Shown here: in pieces, positions 48,271 through 56,722 of the stretch
How the letters are laid out: each line of letters starts with the position of its first letter
Position numbering within the stretch: position 1 is the stretch's first letter
IMG/VR virus record: IMGVR_UViG_3300017730_000004
Source of the DNA: an uncultured virus (IMG/VR IMGVR_UViG_3300017730_000004)
Taxonomy: Duplodnaviria > Heunggongvirae > Uroviricota > Caudoviricetes
DNA: 64,000 bases
Reading direction: 5' to 3' (one strand)
Notes under the pieces: generated by a model
The model's database searches: none
Told to the model about the DNA's origin: nothing
Seen by the model: only the letters and a program-made list of their open reading frames with translations
Translations under genes and position numbers: made by a program

Positions 48271-48471
48271 TTATACTCTCTCGTCGACAATATTACCTTT
48301 AGAAGGCTTGTCTGCACCAATTTCATTTATGTAGGGGACTTTATTACGGTCATACATTGCTTCAAACTCTTTAAGATTCCGTGAATTGATTTTATCTGCA
48401 GTACGTTGAAAGGAACGTTCGAGAAATCTCTCTAGTTCTTTGTTTATTTTTCTTATTATCCAACTTAACAC
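48271..48471 (-). CDS. Hypothetical protein
   Basis: 66 aa, AGGAG SD. Confidence 0.45.
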   Translation of the reverse strand: MLSWIIRKINKELERFLERSFQRTADKINSRNLKEFEAMYDRNKVPYINEIGADKPSKGNIVDERV

Positions 48472-48473
48472 AG

Positions 48474-48785
48474 TTATCTCCCTATATGTTTCACCTCATT
48501 TCGAGGTATAACTTGGTATGCACCCTTATTGTAGGACGGTGCAACGGTATACTCGGACGAGATACGTTGCCTCTCTTCTTTACTTAGGGTATTTGAAGGT
48601 TCATAACCTTTATCACAAGTCATCGACGGATAGTATACACTCTCACGCACGTAAGGAGCTGGTGGTTTTATTCTAACGTCCCAATTATAATCAGAAGCCT
48701 TCTTAGTCTTGACTTTCCATGCATTGGTCTTACGTTTCTTACCACTGAAGGAATGAGTCATAGAACCATATCTCATACGACACAC
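48474..48785 (-). CDS. Conserved T4-like hypothetical protein
   Basis: YTVAPSYNKGAYQVI motif. Confidence 0.6.
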   Translation of the reverse strand: MCRMRYGSMTHSFSGKKRKTNAWKVKTKKASDYNWDVRIKPPAPYVRESVYYPSMTCDKGYEPSNTLSKEERQRISSEYTVAPSYNKGAYQVIPRNEVKHIGR

Positions 48786-48973
48786 TCACATATGCACATC
48801 TGCCATTGTTCTACTGTGTCTAACTCTAATAACCACTCACATCTTTCCCAATTGGTAGGGTAATCGATGTAATCATTATAAGGGTCGTTAATAATTTCTT
48901 CTATTTCAATAGCTGTCTCTATCATAGAACAACTACTGAGTAGAAATGTAAGGGGTATTAAATATTTTATCAT
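48773..48973 (-). CDS. Putative small lipoprotein
   Basis: Lipobox-like LLSSC after a hydrophobic stretch; TATAAT 6 nt before ATG. Confidence 0.5.
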   Translation of the reverse strand: MIKYLIPLTFLLSSCSMIETAIEIEEIINDPYNDYIDYPTNWERCEWLLELDTVEQWQMCICECVV

Positions 48974-49087
48974 AAGTCTATTATACCATAAAACTGGGGG
49001 GATGGGAATACGGTTTCACGCATGTCGTGTAAGTATTTGTGGACTTGGTGATGTTCGATTCCCTGTCCCCTTCCCGAGTGAGTGCAA

Positions 49088-49315
49088 TTATGCACCACCC
49101 CTATTATAAAAATGTCTACGTATGATATACACACGTGTGTAAGCTACACCTGTCATCCATGCAGTAATGGTAGTACCTATGGTGAACGAATCAGTCCATT
49201 CTAATAGGTCTATACATATCCACAAACCTATTAGATTCAATGGATAGTTAATTAACAGTCCTGTGAAGACTGTGGTAAAGGTTTCTTTGTGTATCTTACG
49301 TGACTTAATACTCAT
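49088..49315 (-). CDS. Small membrane protein
   Basis: Two hydrophobic helices, ends RVYIIRRHF. Confidence 0.55.
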   Translation of the reverse strand: MSIKSRKIHKETFTTVFTGLLINYPLNLIGLWICIDLLEWTDSFTIGTTITAWMTGVAYTRVYIIRRHFYNRGGA

Positions 49316-49707
49316 GCTTCTCTATCTATATCCCATAGTATACGGACACCATTGTTAGTACGATTCAGAAACAGTTTAAACTTAGACTGTTCACGTCTCC
49401 ACTCTTCATGCCACTTATGTCCGTCTCTCTCTGCATCCACAAAGACTGCATTCGTAACGAGTATAGGGATAAGGACACCTGCGTGTATGAATATACTGGT
49501 AACAATAGAATAACCATACCATCCTAGGTAGAATGTGCAAAGGAATCCGAAGAATCCACTCCACATAGTAAAGAGTACTAACATGAAGTATGCTTGTAGA
49601 CTAGGGTCGGGAACGTATTTAAGAGGATTGTATCTCACATCCATTACTAGTTTCCAACTGTCTACCACCCATAGGATGAATCGTCTGTGTAATTTTGGTT
49701 TTATCAT
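49312..49707 (-). CDS. Membrane protein
   Basis: VMDVRYNPLKYVPD...MLVLFTMWS, 2-3 TM. Confidence 0.6.
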   Translation of the reverse strand: MIKPKLHRRFILWVVDSWKLVMDVRYNPLKYVPDPSLQAYFMLVLFTMWSGFFGFLCTFYLGWYGYSIVTSIFIHAGVLIPILVTNAVFVDAERDGHKWHEEWRREQSKFKLFLNRTNNGVRILWDIDREA

Positions 49708-49844
49708 AATATAATATTTCCTATTTAACTCAAAAATTTACCCGAAAAAAAAATTCTCGGTAGTAGTATATAATGCTTCACAGAGCTATTAGGTAGGGGG
49801 GTTGAGTTGCTGCCCACAATACCTAGGAGTCCCGTAGCACTGTT

Positions 49845-50018
49845 CTAAGACGCTCTACGTAACTCGACTACGTGTTTGTACCTCTCTAGCTCTGCACAGA
49901 TGCTGAGACCCTCTGAGAGGCTCACAGGTTTCTCTGTGCGCTTGAGCAACGTATGACTACCATCAATCTTAACGACTTTGGTATCAATACTGTATACGTG
50001 TACAGTATTCCATTTCAT
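49845..50018 (-). CDS. Small early protein
   Basis: Start MKWNTV after AGGAG, behind TTGACA-N17-TATAAT (50032-50060). Confidence 0.5.
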   Translation of the reverse strand: MKWNTVHVYSIDTKVVKIDGSHTLLKRTEKPVSLSEGLSICAELERYKHVVELRRAS

Positions 50019-50069
50019 AGATGTATCTCCTATTATAACATAAGCGTATGCTTTTGTCAAGGCCACTCG

Positions 50070-50205
50070 GAAACGCCGTAGTAGCAAGGCATACAGAGGT
50101 GGCGCTTCTCATCACCACACGCGCTTTCGGTTACGACCCACTGAGACTTAACTCAAAGCAATCCACAGTACAATTCTCAGTTCAACTCCTGTAAATATAA
50201 AGTAT
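50070..50205 (-). ncRNA. Candidate stand-alone structured small RNA
   Basis: Own promoter TTGCAA-N17-TATAAT (50212-50240); stems UACAG(G)AG/CUCUGUA, ACUGAGA/UCUCAGU, GGU-CGUA-ACC, GUGGUG/CGCCAC; no credible ORF. Confidence 0.45.
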
Positions 50206-50220
50206 AACTCTATTATATCA

Positions 50221-50445
50221 TTAATGGAACGGTCTTGCAACCCCCTTTATGATGATTTCGTTTAATTCTATCTGACCAATAATCTCGATACCCAGGCGCT
50301 CATACACCATCGCACACATATACTCCCATGAAGCGTTAGAGCTAACAGGGTTATTATCACATGCATACGACATCTCTACGTCATTGAGTTCTATAGAGAC
50401 AGGTATATTAGAAGCGATATGAATACCTTCTAGTCCATTCATCAT
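50221..50445 (-). CDS. Hypothetical early protein
   Basis: 74-aa ORF, preceded by a ~33-aa ORF starting at 50543. Confidence 0.5.
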   Translation of the reverse strand: MMNGLEGIHIASNIPVSIELNDVEMSYACDNNPVSSNASWEYMCAMVYERLGIEIIGQIELNEIIIKGVARPFH

Positions 50446-50551
50446 CCGCCAAGCACCTTTAATAGTATAGGGAGTATGAACAGAGGGAGTGCTTGAATGA
50501 AATCAGCATCCAACAATCCGTTTTTCTTTATTATCTTTATCATATACAGCT

Positions 50552-50636
50552 AGTATACCACTAAAGCCATACCACTGTCAAGGCCTCTCGCCGAAGGTCT
50601 GCGTGCCTTGACACTACGGGCTTTCTGTGATATACT
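50552..50636. promoter_or_regulatory. Back-to-back divergent sigma70-type promoters
   Basis: Minus TTGACA-N18-TATACT (50552-50581); plus TTGACA-N17-TATACT (50608-50636). Confidence 0.75.
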
Positions 50637-50718
50637 TAGAGTACCACTGCACCCCTCTGAGGGCCATTGACTCCAAACTAAATATGTGATTAACCTCTCC
50701 GAACAACAGCACCTAACC

Positions 50719-50791
50719 CCACTTTATTCCACTTCCCACCACTCCGTATAAATACCATTATTATTACACACTTTGACACACTACTACACAC
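50719..50791 (+). repeat. Two triplets of 10-bp phased direct repeats flanking a TATAAATA late promoter
   Basis: CCACT at 50719/50729/50739; TATAAATA at 50747-50754; ACACAC at 50766/50776/50786. Confidence 0.7.
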
Positions 50792-50809
50792 AATATATTA
50801 GAGTCCACC

Positions 50810-51412
50810 ATGATACCCTTTGAATTATATTCAATCACCCCCGATGTAGATGATTATGGACACATATTCCGTATTCCTAACTACTACACCCCCTCTGAAT
50901 TGGACTTTCTGCAGTCTAGAATACCTACTATACCCATATCTCCCGAGGTGTATCCATCCTGTAGAGTAAACCTACCTAGACCTAATCACACTCCCTCAAA
51001 GTTTATTGGAGAAAAGACTCAATGGTTTCTTGATAACTGGGATGAAGTATGTGAACTCACTCATATAGAAGGTGTTGATAAGAGGTTCTATCATGATAAC
51101 CCACCCACATATACGGATGAATCTCTACGTGGTTCTCCCCCTAACTCTAAGTTGTATCCCATGCATACTGATAAGGGTAGTAAGAAGCTGTTAACTATAC
51201 TTGTTCCTATGAGTGATATGGGTAATCCTACGATGTTTCATGGAGCGTCTCGGTCTCGTGTATGGTGTCATGAATGGGCGGTCAATGATGCATATATGTT
51301 TAGACCTTCTGATAGGTCTGTGCATTCATATCAGAATAATATGGATGTCAATCGTTGGATTATGAATGTGAATGTATGTGGTACGGTTGGTTGGATGGAG
51401 AAGTCTAACTAA
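50810..51412 (+). CDS. 2OG-Fe(II) oxygenase-like protein
   Basis: HxD (MHTD), distal H (VHSY) and R (NRWI). Confidence 0.6.
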   Translation: MIPFELYSITPDVDDYGHIFRIPNYYTPSELDFLQSRIPTIPISPEVYPSCRVNLPRPNHTPSKFIGEKTQWFLDNWDEVCELTHIEGVDKRFYHDNPPTYTDESLRGSPPNSKLYPMHTDKGSKKLLTILVPMSDMGNPTMFHGASRSRVWCHEWAVNDAYMFRPSDRSVHSYQNNMDVNRWIMNVNVCGTVGWMEKSN

Positions 51413-52112
51413 TCTCTACGTGTACGAAGTTGTCTCTACCGTCTCCACTATTGTATATTGATATAGGGTCTAGGTGAATGCCACAGACGTGTCCGTCTAT
51501 ATGGATGTCGAATGCCTGACTCATTCTAGGCTCTTGTCTCGTGTTAGAGTCTACGGAATGCACGATAAGTGGACTGAATAAATGTAAGTCTCCTCGGATA
51601 TTCTCTATCCAACCCTTATGTTGATACCATGTACCGTATTCTCTGTGGTCGTTATGACTAAGGAATATATTACCGCTAATCATGTGATTCCTAGCCATGT
51701 CCTCGTAAGGTGTGTGTTCCCTAATCGTCGCATATTCATTCTTACCAATTGTCTCGTATTCTAGGGCTGCATGTCTATGTGGTTGTATACCCTTTCCAGT
51801 TGTCCATAGATTGCACCATGACTTGATGAATATATCTTGGGTGTCTTTGGTGTCTATCTCATGCATGAGACGTTCGAGTAGGTTGATACCTAACTCATCT
51901 TCTATGAAGGGTATCCAGTTATAGGATGAATGCAGTGAAGTGAGTCCTTCGTATAGATTGTATTCTACATGTGAAGAATCCTTAATACCATATTCTGATA
52001 TTAAGGACTCGTGATTTTTTAGTATAAGGTCACAGACGTGGTCACATTCCTCGTCTGTATAGAACTTAGGGATTACTACGTGATAATCTTCTGATTGTCT
52101 TATAGAACCCAT
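51405..52112 (-). CDS. 2OG-Fe(II) oxygenase-like protein (TIGR02466-type)
   Basis: SWCN...PHRH, ISGNIFL, GDLHLFS...HSV, RMSQAFD. Confidence 0.7.
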   Translation of the reverse strand: MGSIRQSEDYHVVIPKFYTDEECDHVCDLILKNHESLISEYGIKDSSHVEYNLYEGLTSLHSSYNWIPFIEDELGINLLERLMHEIDTKDTQDIFIKSWCNLWTTGKGIQPHRHAALEYETIGKNEYATIREHTPYEDMARNHMISGNIFLSHNDHREYGTWYQHKGWIENIRGDLHLFSPLIVHSVDSNTRQEPRMSQAFDIHIDGHVCGIHLDPISIYNSGDGRDNFVHVEIS

Positions 52113-52975
52113 AGTTCGAGATACCTATCCGATTTCGGGTCTGCATCTCCTTTTAGGTGTACGAATGAACATTGTTGAGTAATAGTTCTATACTCATGGT
52201 CAAAGTGAATGAACTTAGCTTGTTGGTCACCACCTAATCCTCTCCACTCTCCGTCATTGTCAAATGATGGTCTGCATTTCTCTTCATACAGTCTATTGAG
52301 TTCAAGGTTTGCAAACTCATCACCGATATGATATTGTCCTATCATACCATGCATAGTGTTAAGTACCATACCTTTATGTTCTGCAATCTTATCTTCGATA
52401 TATTGCTGTACGTTGGTACCGTATTTCTCTTGAACACCAGCTGGGTCTGCAAGGAAGTCGTTTACAAGATACATTGCGTCACCTTGTACGAATCCACAGA
52501 AGTGTGGGAAATATTGAGTATCTCCTTCTTCCATCCAGTTTCTTTCTTGATATAAGAATGATGTTTCATTCGCTTCGATTGATGCAGTTTCTTCATCTGT
52601 GAATTCGAAATTACATTCTGAGGTTGTACCTTTATTAGGTAGTCCTTCGTATATGATAGAGGTACACATGTTACGTGCAACAACTCTTGCATTTACATAG
52701 GTACATTTAGACTCTTCTCTGAGTCCTTTCATATCACCATCCCATAAAAGAATTTGATACCATTCGGGATGAATGATTCTCTCGTCTTTTAGTAGTGGGA
52801 TAACTCTGATTCCTTCATCGAGACCTGTAGGGTCATCGGTATAACAAGATAATCTTGCAATGGACATTCCATCATTGTTTAGACTTCTTTGTCTATCTAA
52901 TGACAGCTTTAATCTGTTAACATCCTCAGATGTAACACCTAGACCATCGGTCTTAATCGTAATCACTTCAAACAT
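52100..52975 (-). CDS. Glycosyltransferase-like protein
   Basis: DVNRLKLSLDR...SCYTDDPTGLDEGIRVIPL; FVHLKG. Confidence 0.45.
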   Translation of the reverse strand: MFEVITIKTDGLGVTSEDVNRLKLSLDRQRSLNNDGMSIARLSCYTDDPTGLDEGIRVIPLLKDERIIHPEWYQILLWDGDMKGLREESKCTYVNARVVARNMCTSIIYEGLPNKGTTSECNFEFTDEETASIEANETSFLYQERNWMEEGDTQYFPHFCGFVQGDAMYLVNDFLADPAGVQEKYGTNVQQYIEDKIAEHKGMVLNTMHGMIGQYHIGDEFANLELNRLYEEKCRPSFDNDGEWRGLGGDQQAKFIHFDHEYRTITQQCSFVHLKGDADPKSDRYLELWVL

Positions 52976-53086
52976 TTATAACTCCTAATAATATAATAAT
53001 AATGTTTTGTTTAATTTATTTAGGGATATAAAAAACCCTTCATATTCCTATTATAAGACAATAAAGGGTTTCTTTCAAGAGGCTAT

Positions 53087-53197
53087 TTACATAAAAGTAT
53101 TACATACTTTATTTAAACGACCACTCTTCATCATCCTATGAAATCGTCTGCCTTGTGTCCTTAGATACTCGGTAGACAATGATGCTATATATTGCAT
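53087..53197 (-). CDS. 36-aa basic peptide (not in ORF track)
   Basis: AGGAG SD; MQYIASLSTEYLRTQGRRFHRMMKSGRLNKVCNTFM*. Confidence 0.55.
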   Translation of the reverse strand: MQYIASLSTEYLRTQGRRFHRMMKSGRLNKVCNTFM

Positions 53198-53262
53198 TTT
53201 TATCTCCTATGTTGGTGTGTCTTTCGATAACGTCGGTGACTTCGGATATACCTACTTACTCT

Positions 53263-53301
53263 TGTTACGTACTTGTCACGATAATGTGACACTCATGTGC
53301 C
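53263..53301. repeat. Four 11-bp phased TGTNAC-like repeats (PhoB/OmpR-box-like)
   Basis: TGTTAC 53263, TGTCAC 53274, TGTGAC 53285, TGTGCC 53296. Confidence 0.55.
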
Positions 53302-53318
53302 ACATTATATTTAGGGGA

Positions 53319-53933
53319 TTAGTAGGTGTAAAGTATGCCTACTGAAAAACTATCTGCAACTTGGTCTTCAAAAACATCTTGACCAATAATACCATTCAAT
53401 GACCAGCTGTCGTTAAATGAATAACTAACATCTAACTGACCAAAGGTTTCTTCACTGTCATATAGACCACCAACCAATGTCACATCCAATACTGGAATGA
53501 ACCATAAGTTGTAACCAACCTCTGCATAGTTATCATTTGTATCAATATCTTGATAGTATGATAATGAGAGGTCACCTATGTCTGCAATGACATATAACTC
53601 TTCAAAAGATGCAACCGTACCATCGTATGTGTATCTAATGTACCCTACGTTGAGATTGATTGTATCTGATACTGGTAGAATTATTCCACCATAAAAGTCT
53701 GTCTCTGAAGTTGCATCATCAAACTCAACGTCTGAATTCCATACTCCAGCATATAGTCCAGTTGTATTGTGTACAACGGTACCACCTATAGAAAATGCTG
53801 GTTGATTGCCTTGTGAGACACCTCTCCATACATAATCTGAATCATAACCTATTTCACCTGTAAAGTCGAATGACTGAGCTGAAACTCCTAAACTCATTAT
53901 TGAAAACAATAATGTACATAATATATTTCTCAT
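53319..53933 (-). CDS. Outer-membrane beta-barrel protein, TorF/TIGR02001-like
   Basis: Signal peptide; SDYVWRGVSQ, GLYAGVWNSDV, ETDFYGG, VGYIRYTY; C-terminal aromatic beta-signal. Confidence 0.85.
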   Translation of the reverse strand: MRNILCTLLFSIMSLGVSAQSFDFTGEIGYDSDYVWRGVSQGNQPAFSIGGTVVHNTTGLYAGVWNSDVEFDDATSETDFYGGIILPVSDTINLNVGYIRYTYDGTVASFEELYVIADIGDLSLSYYQDIDTNDNYAEVGYNLWFIPVLDVTLVGGLYDSEETFGQLDVSYSFNDSWSLNGIIGQDVFEDQVADSFSVGILYTY

Positions 53934-53959
53934 ATATTTCTCCTGTTGTGGATAGAGAC

Positions 53960-54035
53960 TGGTGGAGCTGACAGGGGTCGAACCTGCGACCTACTACGTG
54001 CAAGGCAGTCGCTCTCCCAACTGAGCTACAGCCCC
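53960..54035 (-). tRNA. tRNA-Ala(UGC)
   Basis: 76-nt cloverleaf GGGGCTG...CAGCTCC-A-CCA, G3:U70 pair, anticodon loop CTTGCAC, TTCGA T-loop. Confidence 0.97.
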
Positions 54036-54042
54036 AAAAATC

Positions 54043-54225
54043 TTATCCGTTATTATCTATACTGGGTTTGTAAGATTTCTTCTTGGTTCTACTCTTATAA
54101 ACTCTCTTCTTAGATTCATCAACATCGGGTGTTGATTTATCATCTGCAACGTAACGACCTTTTGAGTCTCTTGCTCTGACAGTTTCGAAACCAAGGAAAT
54201 CTGTAAATTTTGTCCAAAATCCCAT
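54043..54225 (-). CDS. Small late protein
   Basis: RARDSKGRYVADDKSTPDVDE motif; TATAAATA at 54241-54248. Confidence 0.6.
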   Translation of the reverse strand: MGFWTKFTDFLGFETVRARDSKGRYVADDKSTPDVDESKKRVYKSRTKKKSYKPSIDNNG

Positions 54226-54239
54226 AATTTATCCTCTCA

Positions 54240-54860
54240 CTATTTATAGTGTATATTACCAGCCACCGATATCCTTTCACCTTTAGGGTCATGGAATGGA
54301 TAGACTGAATGATTTAACCACGATGGGAAGATAAGTATATCTCCCTTCTCGGGGTAATGTGACATGGAAGTCCAATTCATAAAATTGTTCTCTCCATAAT
54401 GTAAGTCTATATGACCAGCTAGTGGTTTAGACTCTGTGTTGATATTACTATCGAATTCATTGTCGATTGCAGTATCACGTAAAATTGTGTTTTTTGTGTA
54501 GAATACAAAACTAAACAAACCATCATGTGCATGGATAGGATTATACTCAAACTCTTTTTGTAGATTGACCCAAAGGTTGTCTATTTGCAGCTGTTCATTG
54601 ACAACTTCCATACCAGTCCCTTGGGCCCATGTCACTGCATGGTCTAGAATATGGTTCTTTGTCGTATCAGACATCACATCTACAATAGATATCTGAGAGT
54701 GGACTCTACCAGCAAGTAAGTTGGAACCTATTTTATGTTCTTTACTGTACCTGCGTGATTCTATCTGTTCATTGACTTCATCAATAACAGACATGTCCAT
54801 CTTTCCAACCCATACTGGTGGGCCAAAAGGTGTAATTAGATTACCATCAACCATTTTCAC
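54240..54860 (-). CDS. 2OG-Fe(II) oxygenase-like protein (TIGR02466-type)
   Basis: WVN...YNPIHAH, GDILIFPSWLNHSVYP, RISVAGN. Confidence 0.8.
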   Translation of the reverse strand: MKMVDGNLITPFGPPVWVGKMDMSVIDEVNEQIESRRYSKEHKIGSNLLAGRVHSQISIVDVMSDTTKNHILDHAVTWAQGTGMEVVNEQLQIDNLWVNLQKEFEYNPIHAHDGLFSFVFYTKNTILRDTAIDNEFDSNINTESKPLAGHIDLHYGENNFMNWTSMSHYPEKGDILIFPSWLNHSVYPFHDPKGERISVAGNIHYK

Positions 54861-55086
54861 TTACTGGTTCTCTAAAGATTGCATATGGCAATCCTTTCTT
54901 TTTTCTTCGTGCAAACTCATTAGATATTTTTTGCCTTAATTTCCCTTTACCCTTGGTACTTTTAATTTTGTTGTACTCATCAATCAGTTCTTGTAATGGT
55001 GTTGACTTGATATAGTAATGAGTTGTGGTTACTACTTTTGTTCCACGTGCAACAGTTTTTTGGGTTGGTTTAAATTTTATCGGCAT
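54847..55086 (-). CDS. Small basic hypothetical protein
   Basis: Likely start MPIKF; K-rich. Confidence 0.5.
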   Translation of the reverse strand: MPIKFKPTQKTVARGTKVVTTTHYYIKSTPLQELIDEYNKIKSTKGKGKLRQKISNEFARRKKKGLPYAIFREPVSENG

Positions 55087-55246
55087 TTCTCTCCTTGGTT
55101 CGGGGTTTATTTCTAACATGCCAGTCGTGACTACAATATGCATCACAAAAGACATGCACTGGTGACTGTTTAGGATTTGTGTGGTATTTGATTTTTTCCA
55201 TTTCTAATTCTTTATCACATTCACTGCATTTAAGTTTCGTTGTCAT
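55070..55246 (-). CDS. Small zinc-finger protein
   Basis: CSEC...FCDAYCS. Confidence 0.55.
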   Translation of the reverse strand: MTTKLKCSECDKELEMEKIKYHTNPKQSPVHVFCDAYCSHDWHVRNKPRTKERNADKI

Positions 55247-55868
55247 GGGTTTGGTCTTCCTCTGCCCTTTTAAACCATATTGCAAAAACGTATCTCTCGC
55301 CTGCAAATATGGGTTCTACACTATGCCATCTCTCCGTTGAGTTGTTAAATGCTACCATAGTGCCTCTTCTTGGTAGTATTGTATGTCCTTCAACATTCAA
55401 CCTACCCCCTTCGTATTCTTCATTCAACATGAAGATACAAGTTCCTGTGTCTTGCATATCAGCTGAGTCTTTATGCCAATTAAACATAGTATCCTTTGGA
55501 TACTGCATTATAGTTGCATATGTAACCTCACCAAAATCTCTGTTCTTTGGCATATAAGGTTCTACTAACTGCATCACTATTTCAAACTGTGATGTTCCCT
55601 GTTCTAAAACTGCAACATCATGACCAGTCTGTGGATGTGTATATCTCCAAGACCTATCCAATGCAGATAAATCATCGGGACATATCTGTCCGTTCTCTTC
55701 TTGTTGTACATTCTCTACTGGTAATAAAGACAACTGTTCTATTATAACATCACATGTGTCTATCGTCAATACACTATCTGCAATCATTAAGATATTAGAA
55801 CTAGATTCAGTTTCTTCGACTGCATCCTTTTCTTGTTGAGATTGTACTACTATCTTTCTTTTAGGCAT
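55230..55868 (-). CDS. 2OG-Fe(II) oxygenase (prolyl-4-hydroxylase-like)
   Basis: WHKD, LNEEYEGG, HSVEPI, GERY. Confidence 0.85.
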   Translation of the reverse strand: MPKRKIVVQSQQEKDAVEETESSSNILMIADSVLTIDTCDVIIEQLSLLPVENVQQEENGQICPDDLSALDRSWRYTHPQTGHDVAVLEQGTSQFEIVMQLVEPYMPKNRDFGEVTYATIMQYPKDTMFNWHKDSADMQDTGTCIFMLNEEYEGGRLNVEGHTILPRRGTMVAFNNSTERWHSVEPIFAGERYVFAIWFKRAEEDQTHDNET

Positions 55869-56562
55869 TGTTACGTCTATCGTTATTAGGATGGAAGAAT
55901 CTTACATATGAGTATCTCCATGAGTCCTCACAATATTTCTTGTAGTCATCTATCCATGCACCATGTAGTTTGTTACCTGTAAAGATAACACATGTATTGA
56001 ATTTGGCTGGTATTATATAGTCTATCTCGAAGTCTTTCTCTACTTCATAGAGAACACCCATATGTTCCATGTTAGTAATCCATTCACCTTTATATACTGC
56101 AGTCCCGCCAGACTCTTCTTTGTCCATATAGACTAACATATTCAGTGTAGATTTATCGTCGGGTGTAATGAATGCACTATCAATGTGTGGATAGTGTTGC
56201 ATCTTTGGGTCAAACTCTGTTATGGTTTGGAAACAATTGAACTCATGAATCTGTTGATAGTCATAATCACCTTTCCACCAATATCGTCTACAGATGTCCA
56301 GTATTCTCTCGTTCTCATTGATACCTATTCTAGTAGGATGTCCTATCTTGTCTGTAATACGGCAGTCATTGTATACAGTACCATTAGGTGAATCTCTCTC
56401 TGTAGAATATTTCCACATAGGATATTGTCTACTAGATATGTGTTCGTATAGGTCTTCGGGGTTTTCAAAGAAATCGTGTATAGTAATAACACCATTCTCA
56501 TATGTGTGTTCAAGCTTAGGGTTTATTGCATAAAGTTCATCTAGTGCGTATGTCTTTTTCAT
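55861..56562 (-). CDS. DUF6445-like / 2OG-Fe(II) oxygenase-like protein
   Basis: IHDFFENP, PHID, GGTAVY, KFNTCVIF...LHG, R; start moved to MKKTY. Confidence 0.65.
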   Translation of the reverse strand: MKKTYALDELYAINPKLEHTYENGVITIHDFFENPEDLYEHISSRQYPMWKYSTERDSPNGTVYNDCRITDKIGHPTRIGINENERILDICRRYWWKGDYDYQQIHEFNCFQTITEFDPKMQHYPHIDSAFITPDDKSTLNMLVYMDKEESGGTAVYKGEWITNMEHMGVLYEVEKDFEIDYIIPAKFNTCVIFTGNKLHGAWIDDYKKYCEDSWRYSYVRFFHPNNDRRNNA

Positions 56563-56720
56563 AACCAATCCATTATAATGTTTACCATAATTAGAAGACC
56601 ACATAGGATGTTAATTCCTACTATGATTGTTCTGATTATCGCAATCTTGTTCTCGTTTTGAGGGTTGTATCCATCCTCTTCGTCAAATGCTCCAAGAGCA
56701 TGTTTCCATATCTCCCACAT
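56559..56720 (-). CDS. Small membrane protein (53 aa, not in ORF track)
   Basis: MWEIWKHALGAF...NKIAIIRTII. Confidence 0.55.
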   Translation of the reverse strand: MWEIWKHALGAFDEEDGYNPQNENKIAIIRTIIVGINILCGLLIMVNIIMDWL

Positions 56721-56722
56721 AT

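Noticed and set aside
49020..49087. Possible tRNA remnant (GTTCGATTCC)
   Set aside because: Only a T-loop-like word; no acceptor, D or anticodon stems can be formed.
50070..50205. Hammerhead ribozyme reading (CUGA and GAAA present)
   Set aside because: No CUGANGA core positioned before stem II and no proper stem I/III cleavage junction.
53934..53959. Theta/HDV-like ribozymes in tRNA 3' trailers (also 59460-59499)
   Set aside because: Trailers are short and A/T-rich with no nested pseudoknot pattern.
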